Shown one piece after another: positions 12,761-26,605 of a stretch of DNA of 64,000 bases. A program made the translations under genes and the position numbers. The DNA lies in NCBI GenBank assembly GCA_964016885.1, contig OZ024741.1:398474001-398538000 (forward strand). The letters are read 5' to 3'. Source of the stretch: Eledone cirrhosa (taxonomy: Eukaryota). The notes under the pieces are model-generated. The model searched no databases. It saw only the letters and a program-made list of their open reading frames with translations, and was not told where the DNA came from. Each line of letters begins with the position of its first letter. Positions within the stretch are counted from its first letter, which is position 1.

Positions 12761-13591
12761 ATATATATATATATATAGCAATATATTCATAAAACAAAGG
12801 ATTTATTTTCAAGCTATGTGATCCTCAGCAGATCTTTCGAGTTCATCATATCTCAGCTGTGGTGTGTTTGTATGTATGAGTGTGTGATTATGTATGTGAG
12901 TGGATATGTGTGTGTGTGTCTTCGTGCATATGTAAGTGTATGCACGTGTGTGTATGTATAAGTGAATGTTCATCATAGACAAAGGATATTTCTCTCCCAT
13001 TACCATATAAAGAACAATTAATATTCCAAGTTTTAAAAAATAATTGAAATAATTAGTCTCTTCTCTCCTTACAAGACATAAGGCTGGCATGGATATATCT
13101 CATCATTTGTTAGATTTTTATTATGTTTTTCTATTTCCAAATATATAATTTAATTACTTTTTGCTATTTTCTTCCCTAAGTTATACTAACTTAAGTTAAG
13201 GGCCGAAAAACTTGCTTAAGGTGTGGGGTTTCTTCTCCAAAGACCTTCTGCTGTCCAGCTCTCCTCAGAGTTTCTTACCACTATTTTATTTACTTTTTAC
13301 TATTTTTTTCCTTTAACCAAAATTTAATTATTATAATAAATGGATCATGGACCTATTGTATTTGATAATTTCATTTTTTTACAATGTTTACATATCTGAA
13401 AATATTCACACACCTATCTTATTTTTATCATTTTGGTGTTGAAATTTCTATTGTCAAAATTATCAGTTTAGCTATTATTATCATTGCTGTTGTTATATAT
13501 ATATTTATATATATATGTGTGTGTGTGTGTGTTAGGTAATTCTGAAGAAAAAGAGTGCTCTATGTATAGAACAGAGCTATTTAGTTAGAAA

Positions 13592-13746
13592 GTGAACAAC
13601 ACAAAATATAACTACTCCATTACCAAAGGTTTCTGGATCCCAGACAATATCGGTCATCTGTCTGATGACCGATCCAGACGTATATTAATATTGTCTGTGA
13701 TCCAGAAACCTTTGGTAATGGAGTAGCTATATTTTGTGTTGTTCAC
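13592..13746. repeat. Fold-back (~59-bp arms) with a nested hairpin and central CTGATGA
   Basis: GTGAACAACACAAAATAT...CAGACAATAT pairs with ATATTGTCTG...TTGTTCAC. Inner ATCGGTCATC/GATGACCGAT. CTGATGA at 13662-13668. Abuts (TA)n. Confidence 0.85.
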
Positions 13747-14109
13747 GTTATATATATATATTATCGGTGTGTAATTTTGTTACTATTGGTTTACCAGTTT
13801 GAGCACTCAATGTATAAGTGGGTCCTATGTGGTATTGTACATTTGGTGTTATATTGTGGCCAGTATCCTTCATAAACAGAGTGTTAATAATAATACGAAG
13901 GAGTAGGAACGGGGTGTCACATGTCAAAATATCATATTTATGTAGATATCTCCAGTCAGGGAAACCATGAGTCTGATTGGCTATTGATTCTGGAGTCGAG
14001 CATGATCAATACTGATTGTACCTTGAGCTGATTGATTGCAAAACACCCTTCATACGTGAATAAGCATAATGATAGTTTGGTCCTACTCCTTATTATTATT
14101 ATTTTTATA

Positions 14110-14310
14110 AGGGTGGTAGATTGGCAGTATCAGTAGAACATCGGACACCATGCTTTGCAGCATAGAGTTACATCCCTTTGCGTTCTGAGGTTAGTTTTGC
14201 CTTTCATCCTTACTGGGGTGATAAAAGCACCAGTAACACACTGGGGTTGACTTAATCGACCCCATCTCCCCAAAAATTTATTGGCCTTGTGCCTCAATCA
14301 GAAACCATTG
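14110..14310 (+). mobile_element. SINE family A copy
   Basis: Same head, central and tail motifs. Confidence 0.85.
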
Positions 14311-14457
14311 TTATTGGAAAGTGTTGTAAAGTAGATACGAGTTCTTGTAAAACAGAGTCTGAAGAAAACAGTTTTGTTGCCCAATGGAAGTACTATGACT
14401 CAAATGCCCTTAACAAAAACATAAAGCTCACAACTACCCATTTCTTCTCTCTATTAA

Positions 14458-14686
14458 CCCTTTCATGAGCACATTTCTATTGAAATACGCTCTGTTTCAG
14501 TTAATGAAGAATTTTGAGGGGTTTACTAAAATTATTAATTATCTCATTACTAAGATAGTAACTTAACGTAAGGTTCTTATATAAAATTATATTGGAAAAT
14601 TTTAATATAAACTGGAAACCTTTAAATTGGTTGACTTTATTGAATGGAACCAGAGGCCAGTTTTGGCCAGGTTGGTCACTAAAGGG
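14458..14686. mobile_element. piggyBac-type MITE
   Basis: TTAA|CCCTTT ... AAAGGG|TTAA termini. Confidence 0.75.
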
Positions 14687-15026
14687 TTAAACTTTTTTTT
14701 TTATTTTTTTTTTTTTACATGAGCCTGAGAATGAAAGGTTTTGATCAAAATTTTGAATTATTTTCAGGCTTCATACCTGTGTAAAAAAAAAAATACAAAT
14801 ATTGTTGTTATTATTGCTGATGTTGCAGCTGCTAGTTGTTGATTGTTGATGAGCATATATTTTGTTATTTTTGCAATATCATTGGTTATATTTCTATGGA
14901 AAAAAAACACAAAAAAATAATAATAATAATAGCAGACATTGGTAAAGTATTCTCTGTGGATTGAGTTACTCATTTGGTCTTACATTACTAGTGCTTTGAG
15001 AAAAACATGACAACTTCTCTATAAAT

Positions 15027-16340
15027 AGGATTGCCAGAATGGGTAGAGCGTCGGACAACATGATTTGTGGCATAGAGTTACGTCCCGAGTTCAACATCCC
15101 ACCAAGGTTAGCTTTGCCTTTCATCCTTACGGGGTTGATAAAATAAAGTACCAGTAATGCACTGGGGTCGATGTAATCAACTATGCCCTCTTCCTCGAAA
15201 ATTGTTGGCCTTGTGCCTAAATCAGAAATATTATTATTATTATTATCATTGTTAGTTGTTTAGCCCTAGGTTGGCCATCACTGAGCACTCCCATTCTATT
15301 TCCAGTTTAAGGTTTAGATGTTTATCATATCACACATGTTAAACTGTCACTGTATTACCTTGTTCACTTTGGACATGTATCTTAAATAAGGGACCAATTT
15401 CTTTGAGACTTACAATTTCTATTTTGGTTTTTCACACAAAGGGGATAGTATAAGTTAATATATTTACTTATATAACTAGTTAGTATAAGTTAATGTTTTA
15501 TACTAATATATTTAACTATGTAACTAATTGTGTCTATAGATACATTGTCTTTGCAGAATAATAATAATTCTACTAATTTCAATCACAAACACTGTAGATG
15601 TTGACCCCTGCATATATATATATATACATATATATATATTTGATTCAGTTTCTGTTGTTAGTTGCAGGCTTTTCTCCTATGATATTAATGGACTTAGGGA
15701 AAGGCATTAATGTCACACAATCACTTTTCTGCTTCTATAAAACAGACCTTATATATACCTTTGTAATAAACCATTATTATTTATAGGCGTTATGATTGGC
15801 AGTATCGGTAGAGGGTTGGACGCCATGCTTTGCAGCATAGAGTTACGGCCCTTTATGATCTGAGTTCAAATCCCGCCTAGGTTAACTTTACCTTTCATCC
15901 TTACAGGATTGATAAAATAAAGTACCAGTAATGTAATGGGGTCGATTTAATCGACTTTTCCCTCCCCCAAAATTGCTGGCCTTGTGCCTATATAAGAAAC
16001 CATTATTATTTATAGGCGTTATGATTGGCAGTATTGGTAAGGGTCAGACGCCATGCTTTGAAGCATAGTTACCTCCCTTTATGATCTGAGTTCAAATCCC
16101 GCTGAGGTTAACTTTGCCTTTCATCCTTACGAGGTCAATAAAATAAAGTACCAGTAATGCACTGGGTAATTGCTGGCCTTGTGCAAAAAGTAGAAACATT
16201 ATTTATAGGCGTTATATTGATAAGGTAAGGTTAACAGGTAACTAAGTCCATGACTCAGTTTTCATACGGGGTCAATAAAATAAAGTACCAGTCATGTACT
16301 GGATAATTGCTGGCCTTGTGCCAAAAGTAAAAACAATTAT
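15027..16340 (+). mobile_element. SINE family A copies (15027-15230, 15786-16005, 16014-16200, 16262-16340)
   Basis: Same motifs. The copies at 15786 and 16014 are tandem and both preceded by CCATTATTATTTATAGGCGTTATGATTGGC. Confidence 0.88.
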
Positions 16341-16751
16341 TACCTGAAGTGGAGTGAATTTATATTCACGTCTATCATCAACAATACATTTTCAACCTGA
16401 CTAATTAATTCTTATTACACCTTTTGGGTAAATCTAAGGTTTTTTATTTAGGTCTATGATATCATAGGTGTTTTGTAGTTTGGAAGGTGAGAAATTCCCC
16501 CTCCCCACGCTATCATTTAAAGAAACATTTTTTTATTTTATTTTGCTTATGAGATGTAGTGTGTGGAATAGATTTATAAGAAAGACATAACGACTATCAC
16601 AGTAGACTCATTGTAGCTGTTACAACCTGTTACTATATTGTTATTTTGTAATAATAATGATAATAATAATATGTGTTACTAGTTGTCTAACATTTTCATG
16701 GTTATATATATATATATACAGATATATACACACACACACATATATATATAT

Positions 16752-16854
16752 ATTTGTTTTGCAAGGTTTTTGATATGAAATCGTGTGTCGAAACAAACAT
16801 TGTTATACTTGGGGAGGGTCATATTGTTATATGACCCTCCCCAAGTATAACAAT
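16752..16854. mobile_element. PLE terminal (pLTR) remnant ending in a perfect 25-bp-arm hairpin, inside (TA)n
   Basis: 16752-16823 is clearly similar to 55122-55192, the terminus of the Naiad-like PLE. Arms 16799-16823 and 16830-16854. Confidence 0.75.
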
Positions 16855-17176
16855 ATATATATATATATATATATATAAGACATGATTACTGACAAACTAG
16901 TTTGCTCTGTTTTTCTCTATGTATACAAAGCTTCTTTTTTCATCATAAACATTTCTTATCACTGGCTAACAGAAAATAACTAAACATGACAAAATAACTA
17001 AGTAATGATAATTATTTTTTTATCTTTCTGTCTCGTTAAATATAATTCATCTTTTACTATACTCTGATACTTGCTTAGTTTTACCTTATTCTAGTATTTC
17101 GGGGTTTTTCCTTTTTTTTTTTTTTGACCACTCTAGTCTATTTATCAGAAAATTATTTAGAAAGTTACATATATAC

Positions 17177-17209
<33 letters not shown>

Positions 17210-18419
17210 TGTATGTATGTATGTATATATATATGTATATATCCAATGCAATCTGGGACCTTCTCACTCCTGATGGAGGAACCCTCCCTGGTTGACCTCT
17301 ACCACTTTCTGTTTCGTTTTGGTCATGTCAGGGATGTAGCCATACTCACCACACTTGGCCAATTGTGGGTTGGTGAGGATATATATATGTGTGTGTGTGT
17401 GTGTCTGTATTCATATTTATATATGTATGTATGTTGGTATGTATTTATGTATGTATATGCATACACAAACATATATAAAGAGTTCTTTAAAAGTATTAGC
17501 ACTCTCATGGGTTTCATTTGGAATAATCTTTGTGGTTGTTGTGATCCTCTGTGAATGACTGAAAGACCCCATCCCCCACTCTAAATCAATGCTTCAGCGG
17601 TCCAAAGTCAGTCTTGCTGCTTGGGAAAAATAGAACGAAAATCTCATAACTGCTAATATTTTGTGTACATTCTTTAGTTTTTTGTTGTTTTTTTCATAGC
17701 CATTAGAGCCTAAATCATCTGTGTGTCTGTATATCATAGTTCACCTCCACTTCACATCCTCTGTAAACTGCTACTGCACACTTTCATACTTGTATGAAAC
17801 AATGCTATTATTTTAGATAATTATATCTGCTTCACATTCACCAAACATTGCTGATATCTAATAGATATCTATCAGATAACTTTGCTATTAGTTTAGCTAA
17901 TTAGATAACTAGGAAACACTGGACAGATTTTTAATTATACTTTGCATACTTCTTTACAAGCCTGTATTGAGTAATCAATTCACAATACACACAGACACAC
18001 ACGCACACACACACACATACATAATTATTATTAGATAATCTTCAACTCAAAAAAGGACAATATATTTAATATGTAAATTATAAATATTTTATTTGTTGTC
18101 ATTTAATGTCTACTTTCTCTAAGGGCTGGACAACTATCTGAAACAATGCATGGGTTTTAACTTATTTCACTAACCAAATGGGTTATAACTGGCCGTATAA
18201 ACCAAACAGTTTTATATGACCAAGACAGTCATCTAATCTGGCTTGTCTCACAAAGGGACATGTCTAACCCATACTATCATGGAAAAATGGACATTAAACT
18301 GTGAAGATAATGATGATGATGATTATATATATATATAAACTACATGGCATACAGGTGTATACTTTCCTAGATACTCAGAGTTTCTCGAAGCAAGTTGACA
18401 TTACTTTGCTAGTCAGTGA

Positions 18420-18575
18420 ACATAAGTGTTATTTAACCTGACATAAGTAACACTTATGCTAGGTTGAGTGACACTTAACTTGACATAAGTGTCACTCAAC
18501 CTAACATAAGTGCTACTTAACTTGACATAAGTGTCACTCAACCAGGCATAAGTGTCACTCACCTTGACATAAGTA
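18420..18575. repeat. ~21-bp tandem repeat with an internal inverted segment
   Basis: GACATAAGTGTCACTCAACCT-like units. 18451-18477 is the reverse complement of the following units. Confidence 0.8.
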
Positions 18576-19169
18576 AGGTTTGTCATCTCTTAAGAAATGC
18601 TTCATAAGCAGGGTTAAGAATTTTCTATTTAAATCAATATTGATTGATTTGTAAAAGTAAAATGAGTGAGAAACACTAAAGGAAGGTGGTGTGGGAGGGA
18701 TGGGGTGTGGTGGTGAAATGGTTGTCACCTTATAACATTATATTACCTCGTTAACAGCAAGCTCTACAGTGTGATGTTATGTAAGTAGAAAACTAATGTA
18801 AAACCCAGTTTTAATTAGATTTCACCTTGATTACCTTCATTTATATGGCTGAAGAAGCATCATTTTTTCTCCTCTTAGACATTTTGAAGTAGCTTCATGT
18901 ATAAGAAATCAATAGAGTTCATCTATCAATCACTCTTCCCACCACACCCCTCCCAACCTTGCTGTTTCTGTTTTATTTGAGAATGACAAGAGGCAGTGAC
19001 AAATACTGCTAAGATTTTATTAGATTCTTCTGTTGAAATAGAATTTACTTACCTTTACACCGGGATTAAAGATGGAAGGTTATATCTTTTCTACTTAGAT
19101 TTCTTTCCATTTTATAAACCTTCAAATAATACCATCAATTATTATTATTATTAATAGTGGATTATTATA

Positions 19170-19350
19170 AGGCGGTGGATTGGCAGAATCGGTAGAGCAT
19201 TGGACATGCTTTGCAGCATATAGTTACATCTCTTTATGTTCTGAGTTTAAATCCCACCGAGGTTAGCTTTGCCTTTCATCCTTACAGGGTTGATTAAATA
19301 AAGCATTAGTAACACAAATTGTTGGCCTTGTGCCTAAATCAGAAACCATT
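19170..19350 (+). mobile_element. SINE family A copy
   Basis: GGCGGTGGATTGGCAGAATCGGTAGAG head through TTGGCCTTGTGCC tail. Confidence 0.88.
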
Positions 19351-20750
19351 ATTAATAAATTCTTAGTTATGGTAATTTTGCTTCAGGTATAAATTATTGA
19401 TGAGGTTTTCTTCGATATTTATGCTTAATTACCCATAGAAGAAGTAAAAGTCTTAGTCCATTGTTTATATTTACGAGATTAAATGTTGAGATTTTGCTGT
19501 ATTTGTTCAGAATTCAGCCCATGGCAAAACACAATCTATCTCAGTTTACAGTTCTCATTTTTCACCCTTTCACCTCACTTATGTTGCTAATACTATTGAG
19601 AAAAGCCTGAACATCACCACACTATCTCATTTCCACCTGGAAATCTGAGGCCTTCGGCTTATGACAGAGGTTAATATTATGTTGTTCCCAGTTGAAGACA
19701 GGAGACAGCGATATTTCAAATGTTTCATAAAAACCCTGTGTGTGTGTATAAAAGCATATATATATATATATATACATATATACACACGTACATGCATACA
19801 TACACACATATATATACACGTACATACATATATATATATATATATACTTTTATATACACATCATTAATATTTACTATATTGTTTTCATTTTTACTTTGGT
19901 ATCTATACAAAAATTTTGGTTCAATAGAAAAAAGAAAACATTTCCTAATTATGAAATAAAACATCTAATTATGAAATAAAAACATCTAATTATGAAGGAA
20001 AAGAGAGAAATTAGGACAAATATATTTTTTTTTCTTCAAAAAATCTTTGTGGAATTTCTATAAATTTACTTTCTCTTCGGAAATAGTCAGTGACAAAATG
20101 TAAACATCCATTATAGGTGAGAGAGGAGATTCTCACCTGTTAAAAGGACCACTATTTTTTTTTACAGAACATTTGTTACTATTTGTGTACTATTTGGGGT
20201 GTGCGGCACCACCATGTTAACTCTACTTGTGACATTCTTGAAGTTTCCATCAGCTGGGTGTATTGACTTTAAACATTTACAAAGCAAAAAAAACAAAACA
20301 AAAAAAACAACAAATAAATAAATAAAATAAAGCAAATAAAAATAAATAAATAAAGATAGTTCTCTACAAAACTTTTGAGGGACTATTTAGGTGGGTTCTA
20401 TGAAACATCACATTGTTATAGCCAGTTCTATCGACTGCTTTTGTGTTAGTATGTTTGGTATACCAAGTATGCTGACATCAATAATTGGTGTTTTAATATG
20501 GGTAGGGTACATGGTGTGTATTTCATATGTAATGTTTTCTGCTCATTACTGTGTATAGCATGAATGTGTGGTATGTGTGCATACATTTGTAGACGATGCA
20601 CAGTATAGGAGGGAGGGTCTTTAAAAATGCAAAAAAAAAAAAGTTTCTTAATGCGCAGCTTACTTTTCAATTCTGTGCTTCTTTTCATTCCTTTCTGTTT
20701 AGAAGCAGAGTAGGTATAGATAAATGTAGATAGATTGATATACATTATAC

Positions 20751-20787
<37 letters not shown>

Positions 20788-20951
20788 TATGTATGTGTGC
20801 GTATATATGTTTTAATTCTGTATGGGTGTATGCATATATGAAATTATACATCAGGTGGGTTGGTATAAGTTGGCTTATTCGTTGAGGCTTACTTTCATTT
20901 CAGTTTAAAAATTCTATCTCTTCGGCAATTTGCATGCACAATTCTCTCTCT

Positions 20952-20996
<45 letters not shown>

Positions 20997-21027
20997 GTAT
21001 ACATACATACATACATACATACATACA

Positions 21028-21061
<34 letters not shown>

Positions 21062-21608
21062 CAAAGTATTATCTGCAATAGTTATGTGGTGTTAATATAA
21101 ATAAATATATATTACTTTCTGTTCTTCATCTCTTCAATGGATTTCTCCTCCCTAAAAAAAAAAGACAGAAAGAATGGGAAGAAAAAGAAAAAAAGCTGAT
21201 AAAACTACACAAACGTTATTTATGTCATAACAATCCATGTTTTAAAAATTTTGGGTCAGTGGTTTTGGTGTTTATTAGAAATATAAAAGAAAGCAACCAG
21301 AATTTGTAAGATCAGCGGTGTTTGAATCCTTTGTAGTTTGTAGCCAAATATATATAGAAATAAACTTAATTTTTCAAACTGTGTAAACACTTGACTTTGT
21401 TTTCTTGTTTTTATCATGTACAATGATAAAAGTATAATGGCAATTATTTCAGCAGCAGCATCATAATCATCATCATCATCATCACCATCACCACCACCAC
21501 CACCATCATTACCATCATCATTATCATTACCATTATCATTATCATTATCATCATCATCTAATGTCTACTTTCCCTGCTAGCAATGGTGGGCATCAAGTCA
21601 GTTTTTAA

Positions 21609-22013
21609 CCCTTTACCATTTACATTATTCTATATTTACTAAGGGTGGTGAATTGGCAGTATCGGTAGAGGGTCGGACGCCATGCTTTGTAGCATAGAGT
21701 TATGCCCCTTTATGATCTGAGTTCAAATCCCACCGATGTTAACTTTGCCTTTCATCCTTACAGGGTCGATAAAATAAAGTACCAGTAATACACTGGGATA
21801 ATTGCCGGCCTTGTGCCAAAAGTAGAAACAATTATTCTATATTCACTATTATATTTTCACGGTGAAGGCTTTATCTCGAATAATATCTAATCTATGAGAT
21901 TTTGATGTTATTTATTTTGAGAACAATACCTTAACATCAGTATGAGTGGCCAGTTACGGCTGGTTTGAACAGAAAGAGGTGAGAGAATTCTGGCTGGTTT
22001 AAATGCTAAAGGG
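21609..22013. mobile_element. piggyBac-type MITE with a nested SINE A insertion (21642-21830)
   Basis: TTAA|CCCTTTA ... TAAAGGG|TTAA. The SINE is flanked by ~17-bp TSD ATTATTCTATATT(T/C)ACTA. The MITE body is the reverse complement homolog of 26879-27097. Confidence 0.85.
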
Positions 22014-22370
22014 TTAATCTCTGCTTTCCCTGCTAGCAAGGGTGAGGTGGGTAGCTTCCCCTGCTAGCAATGGTGAACATCAAGTCAGTATTTAAAGGGG
22101 GCTACTGAGCTCCCAGACAGTCCAAGGGGTTACTTATGGCTGTACATTCTAGTGAGTGCAAAGGAGAAGTTGTAGGCAAACCTACATACTAATGACTGTC
22201 TTTAAATTCTCTATGGCAACCTCTCATTCATTAGCCATACCATCCATCCTCAACTTGCAGATCATGAGAGGCAATAAACCTGCTATACCCATTAACCATA
22301 CTATCCGTGTCAGGTGTCTTCAGCTTGTAGGTCATGTCAGAAGAGGCAATAAACCTTCTATATATATATA

Positions 22371-24905
22371 GTGATGCAAGTACACTGACTATTTGCAACA
22401 CTAACTTCCAGAAACCTGCCAATCACCTAATAACCTACAAATCTGGCGAGCACATAAGCCAGATTGACTGCTTACTAGTTAGGCAGCGGGACAGGCAGAT
22501 GGTGTCAAATACCAAGGCATACCCTGGGGAAGAATGTACCCCACAGCATAGGTTAGTCGTTAATGATATCTCAGTAAGCAAGAGATGGAATGAGACATAC
22601 AGGAAGGTGTGGAGAAGAAAGGTCTAGAAGCTAAAAGACCTTTCACTAAAATATAAATTTAGGAAAGCCCTTCAAGATGTGTATGACGAAAAAGAAGACG
22701 ATTTAGAGACGTATGACATAGATAATAACTGGAATTTCTTACATGACAATTTACTGCAGGCTACTGATGAAACTTGTGGCTGGAGCAGAGCTCCAACCAG
22801 ACAGAGAGTGATCTGGTGGTGGAACAGCACAGTAGATAAGGCCATTAGAGACAAAAGACTAGTATGGAAGGCTTGGAAAAAGGGTGGGAGTAGGGAAGAA
22901 TATACAGCTGCTAAGAGAGAAGCTAGACGTCAGGTGTACTTAACACGCAGGGAGGCTGAGAGTAGGATGTTTGCCAATGTTGTGCGACGGGAAGATCAGA
23001 GGCGTGCGGTGTTCCACATTGCAAGGCAGTGTGTCAATGCAAATCAGGATGTTGTTGGAGATAAATGTGTCCGGAATGATGCCGGTGTACTTAGTGTCAC
23101 GAATGATTAAAAAAAAAGAGGCCTGGAAATGTCATTATGAGAGACTGATGAATGTGGAAAACGAATGGGACAGAGAGAAATTACCCTCAGTAGATCCGAC
23201 AGAGGGACCAGCTATTGAGATTGACGAATATAGGGTCCAAGAGGCGATTAAGGAAATGAAAAATGGTAAGGCTGCTGGACCATCGGGAATAGTTGCTGAG
23301 ATGCTGAAGGCATCAGGGGACGTAGGCACTAAACTGGTTGCACGCATCATCAAGCAGGCTATATATGGTGGTGTCATACCCAAAGACTGGTGCAGCAGTA
23401 TTCTCATAAATTGCTACAAAGGTAAAGGGGATGCTCTGGAAAGGAGCAATTATAGGGGTATAAAACTGATGGATCAGGTTATGAAAGTGGCAGAAAGGAT
23501 ATTAGCACAACTAATTAGAGAAAGGGTCAAACTAGATGAGATGCAGTTTGGTTTTGTGCCTGGGAAGAGTACAACAGATGCCCTCTTCTTGGTGAGACAA
23601 TTAAAATAGAGGTTCTTAGAGAAAAATAAGCCACTATACTTAGCCTTTGTTGACCTAGAGAAGGCCTTTGATAGGGTACTCCGATCTGTCATCTGGTGGT
23701 CCCTAAGGAAACTAGGTGTTGAGGAATGGCTTGTGAGGACAGTGCAAACTTTGTACAGAGGTACTGTCAGTGAAGTCAGGGTAGGAATGGAGTTTAGTGA
23801 GGAATTCCAGATACAGGTAGGAGTACATCAAGGTTCGGTCCTCAGCCCGCTCTTGTTCATTATAGTCCTCCAGGCCATAACAGAGGAGTTTAAGACTGGC
23901 TGTCCATGGGAACTTCTCTATGCTGACGATCTGGTTCTTATAGCAGAATCAGTAGAGGAGCTGGAGAATAAATTCTGGCTATGGAAACAGCAGTTGGAAG
24001 CAAGAGGACTGAGAGTGAACCTAGCTAAGACAAAAGTGTTGATGAGTAGAAAAGAGGACAAAACTCTGATTCCGTCAGGGAAATGGCCATGTTTGATATG
24101 CAGAAAAGGAACTGGCATAAATTCTATAAAATGCACACAATGCAGATCCTAGGTACACAAGTGATGTAGCGGGATAGCAGGCAAACTAACAGGTAGGGAG
24201 AAATATGTATGCAGAAGATGTACAGGGAAATTTGACAGTAGAAGTTGCATTGAAAGACACATTTTTCAAATGCAGGCGGGTGCTATAGAAGTGGTGGATG
24301 GCTTCCGGTACCTAGGAAATCAGATTAGCATGGGAGGGGGGTGTTCCGAGGCCATAGTATCTAGAATAAGGATGGGTTGGAAGAAGTTTAGGGAGCTGCT
24401 TCCTCTGCTGACGAAGAAGGGTTTCTCCCTGCGTACAAAAGGCCGGTTATATGATGCCTGTGTGAGGAGCGAGATGCTGCATGGTAGTGAGACATGGGCA
24501 GCAACTGCAGAGGATATGCAACAGCTGGAGAGAAATGAGGCAAGCATGCTCCGTTGGATGTGCATGAACGACCCAGCAAGAATTTGTTGAGAGAGAAACT
24601 GTGTCTGAGAGGGATAGAATGTAGTGTATGGGAGAGGAGACAGGTGGTATGGACATGTGATGCGCATGGAGGATGACCGATGAGTGAAGAAGTGCCAGGA
24701 AATGCCAGTTGAAGGAAGACGTGGTAGAGGTAGACCACAAAAAACATGGGCGGAGGTGGTGAGAACAGACCTCAGATCGCTGAAGCTCATGGTGGAGATG
24801 ACGAAGGACCGTGACAAGTGGAGAGATGCTGTGCTGAATAAGACCCGTCCCATCCTTGCAAGCAGGGAAAAGCATACGTGAAATGATGATGATGATGATG
24901 ATGAT
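22371..24905 (+). mobile_element. 5'-truncated RTE-clade LINE (end of APE, RT with Cys-rich insertion), frameshifted
   Basis: SQIDCLL...PQHRLVV (APE end); GKAAGPSG, NYRGIKL, QFGFVPG, GVHQGSVLSPLLF, LLYADD. CxxC...CxxC insertion. (GAT)n tail, inserted in (TA)n. Confidence 0.93.
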
Positions 24906-25136
24906 ATATATATAACCATACCATCCATGTCAGGTGTCTTCAACTTGTCAGGGGAGACAAGGAATCAGCTATATAACTATGGAAGCCCACTAATGTGAAA
25001 CAAACATGGAAGACCTCTGAAGACATTAAAGAGAGACATTGAGGAAGATAGAGAGAATTGTCTGGTGAAGAACTGAAGTAGTTGTTGGGTTGTGTGGGAT
25101 AAGGTTTTATTATGGCACTACCAAGAAATGGATGAA

Positions 25137-25144
25137 TGTAGTAG

Positions 25145-25184
<40 letters not shown>

Positions 25185-25260
25185 GGTAGTAGTGGTAGTA
25201 GTAGTGGTAGTAGTAGTAGTAGTAGTAATAGTAGTAGTGGTAGTGGTAGTAACAGTAGTA

Positions 25261-25291
<31 letters not shown>

Positions 25292-25395
25292 AGTAGTAGT
25301 AGCAGTGTTAGTGGTGGTGGAAGTAGTAGTAGTAGTAGTGGTGGTAGTAGTAGTGGTAGTGATAGTAGTAGTAGTGGTGGTAGTAGTAGTAGTGA

Positions 25396-25426
<31 letters not shown>

Positions 25427-25428
25427 GA

Positions 25429-25459
<31 letters not shown>

Positions 25460-25472
25460 GATAGTAGTAGTG

Positions 25473-25503
<31 letters not shown>

Positions 25504-25512
25504 AAGTGGTAA

Positions 25513-25548
<36 letters not shown>

Positions 25549-25890
25549 AAGTAGTAGTAGTAGCGGTAGTGGTAGTAGTGGTAGTGGTGGTAGTGATAGT
25601 AGTAGTGGTGGTAGTGGTGGTAGTGATAGTAGTAATGGTGGTAGTAGTAGTGGTAGTAGTAGTAGTAGTAGCGGTAATAGTAGTAGTAGTAGTGGTAGTA
25701 GTAGTAGTAACAGTAGTAGTGGTGGTAGTAGTAGTAGTGGTGATGGTGGTAGTAGTATTAGTGGTAGTGGTAGTAGTAGTAGTGGTAGTGGTGGTGGTGG
25801 TAGTAGTAGTATTAGTGGTGGTGGTAGTAGTAGTAGTAATGGTGGTAGTAGTAGTAATAGTAGTGGTAGTGTTAGTAGTAGTAGTTAGTA
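25137..25890. repeat. (GTA/GTG)n trinucleotide microsatellite
   Basis: Directly visible; explains the poly-V/T/S ORFs. Confidence 0.98.
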
Positions 25891-26276
25891 ACAGAGTCAC
25901 CACACTGCCACAAGTGATAGTGAGGTTAAGATGTTGGAACAACCAAGCATTTTTGTAGGTATCTCTTGAAACATTAGTAAGGTGAGTTAGTAATGACAAG
26001 AACTTTGATGTCATCACTCTACTCCAAACATATTACCACAAGCTGAATAGTTTGATAATAATTCATGCTATTTTTGAATTATATTCTTCCCAGCTACAGA
26101 TGTAGGATGTAGTGACCACCTTCTTCATTGCAACATTCTGCCCATCTCCCTTTGATAGTGAAGTTTATGTTTTTCCTGTGGTTTTGATGTGTTTTGAACA
26201 TATAGGACCTTCAAAACAAACCAGAAATTATTCGTTCTTTAAGAAGGTGGTGAGACAGGTGTAATTGTAAAAACCA

Positions 26277-26605
26277 TCATGGCTTAGTGGTTAGAGCATT
26301 GGCCTTGCAATCGAAATGTTGTGAGTTCAATTCTCAGACCGGGTGATGTGTTGTTTCCTTGAGCAAGACACTTTATTTCACATTGCTCCAGTTTACTCAG
26401 CTGTAGAAATGAGATGATAGGGACTGGGGTCCATATCATTCCACTGCAAAGTGGTCGTGGAGGTGCCACGGCAAAAAAGCACCCAGCACTCACTGTAAAT
26501 GAGGTTGGTGTTAGGAAGGGCATCCAGCTGTAGAAATCAAGCCAGAATCAGTTCCCGTCCCACCCTTGCAAGCAGGGAAAAGCGGACATGAAATGAAAAT
26601 GAAAT
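26277..26605 (+). mobile_element. tRNA-headed SINE family B with an RTE-derived tail
   Basis: TGGCTTAGTGGTTAGAGC head, GAGTTCAATTC B box, CCTTGAGCAAGACACTT core-like motif. 3' CCCGTCCCACCCTTGCAAGCAGGGAAAAG matches the LINE end at 24845-24872. Confidence 0.88.

Noticed and set aside
25090-26017. Poly-V/T/S ORFs (also 61695-62371)
   Set aside because: Translations of trinucleotide microsatellites.
26277-26345. tRNA genes (also other SINE heads)
   Set aside because: Degenerate tRNA-like heads that continue into SINE bodies; no complete cloverleaf.
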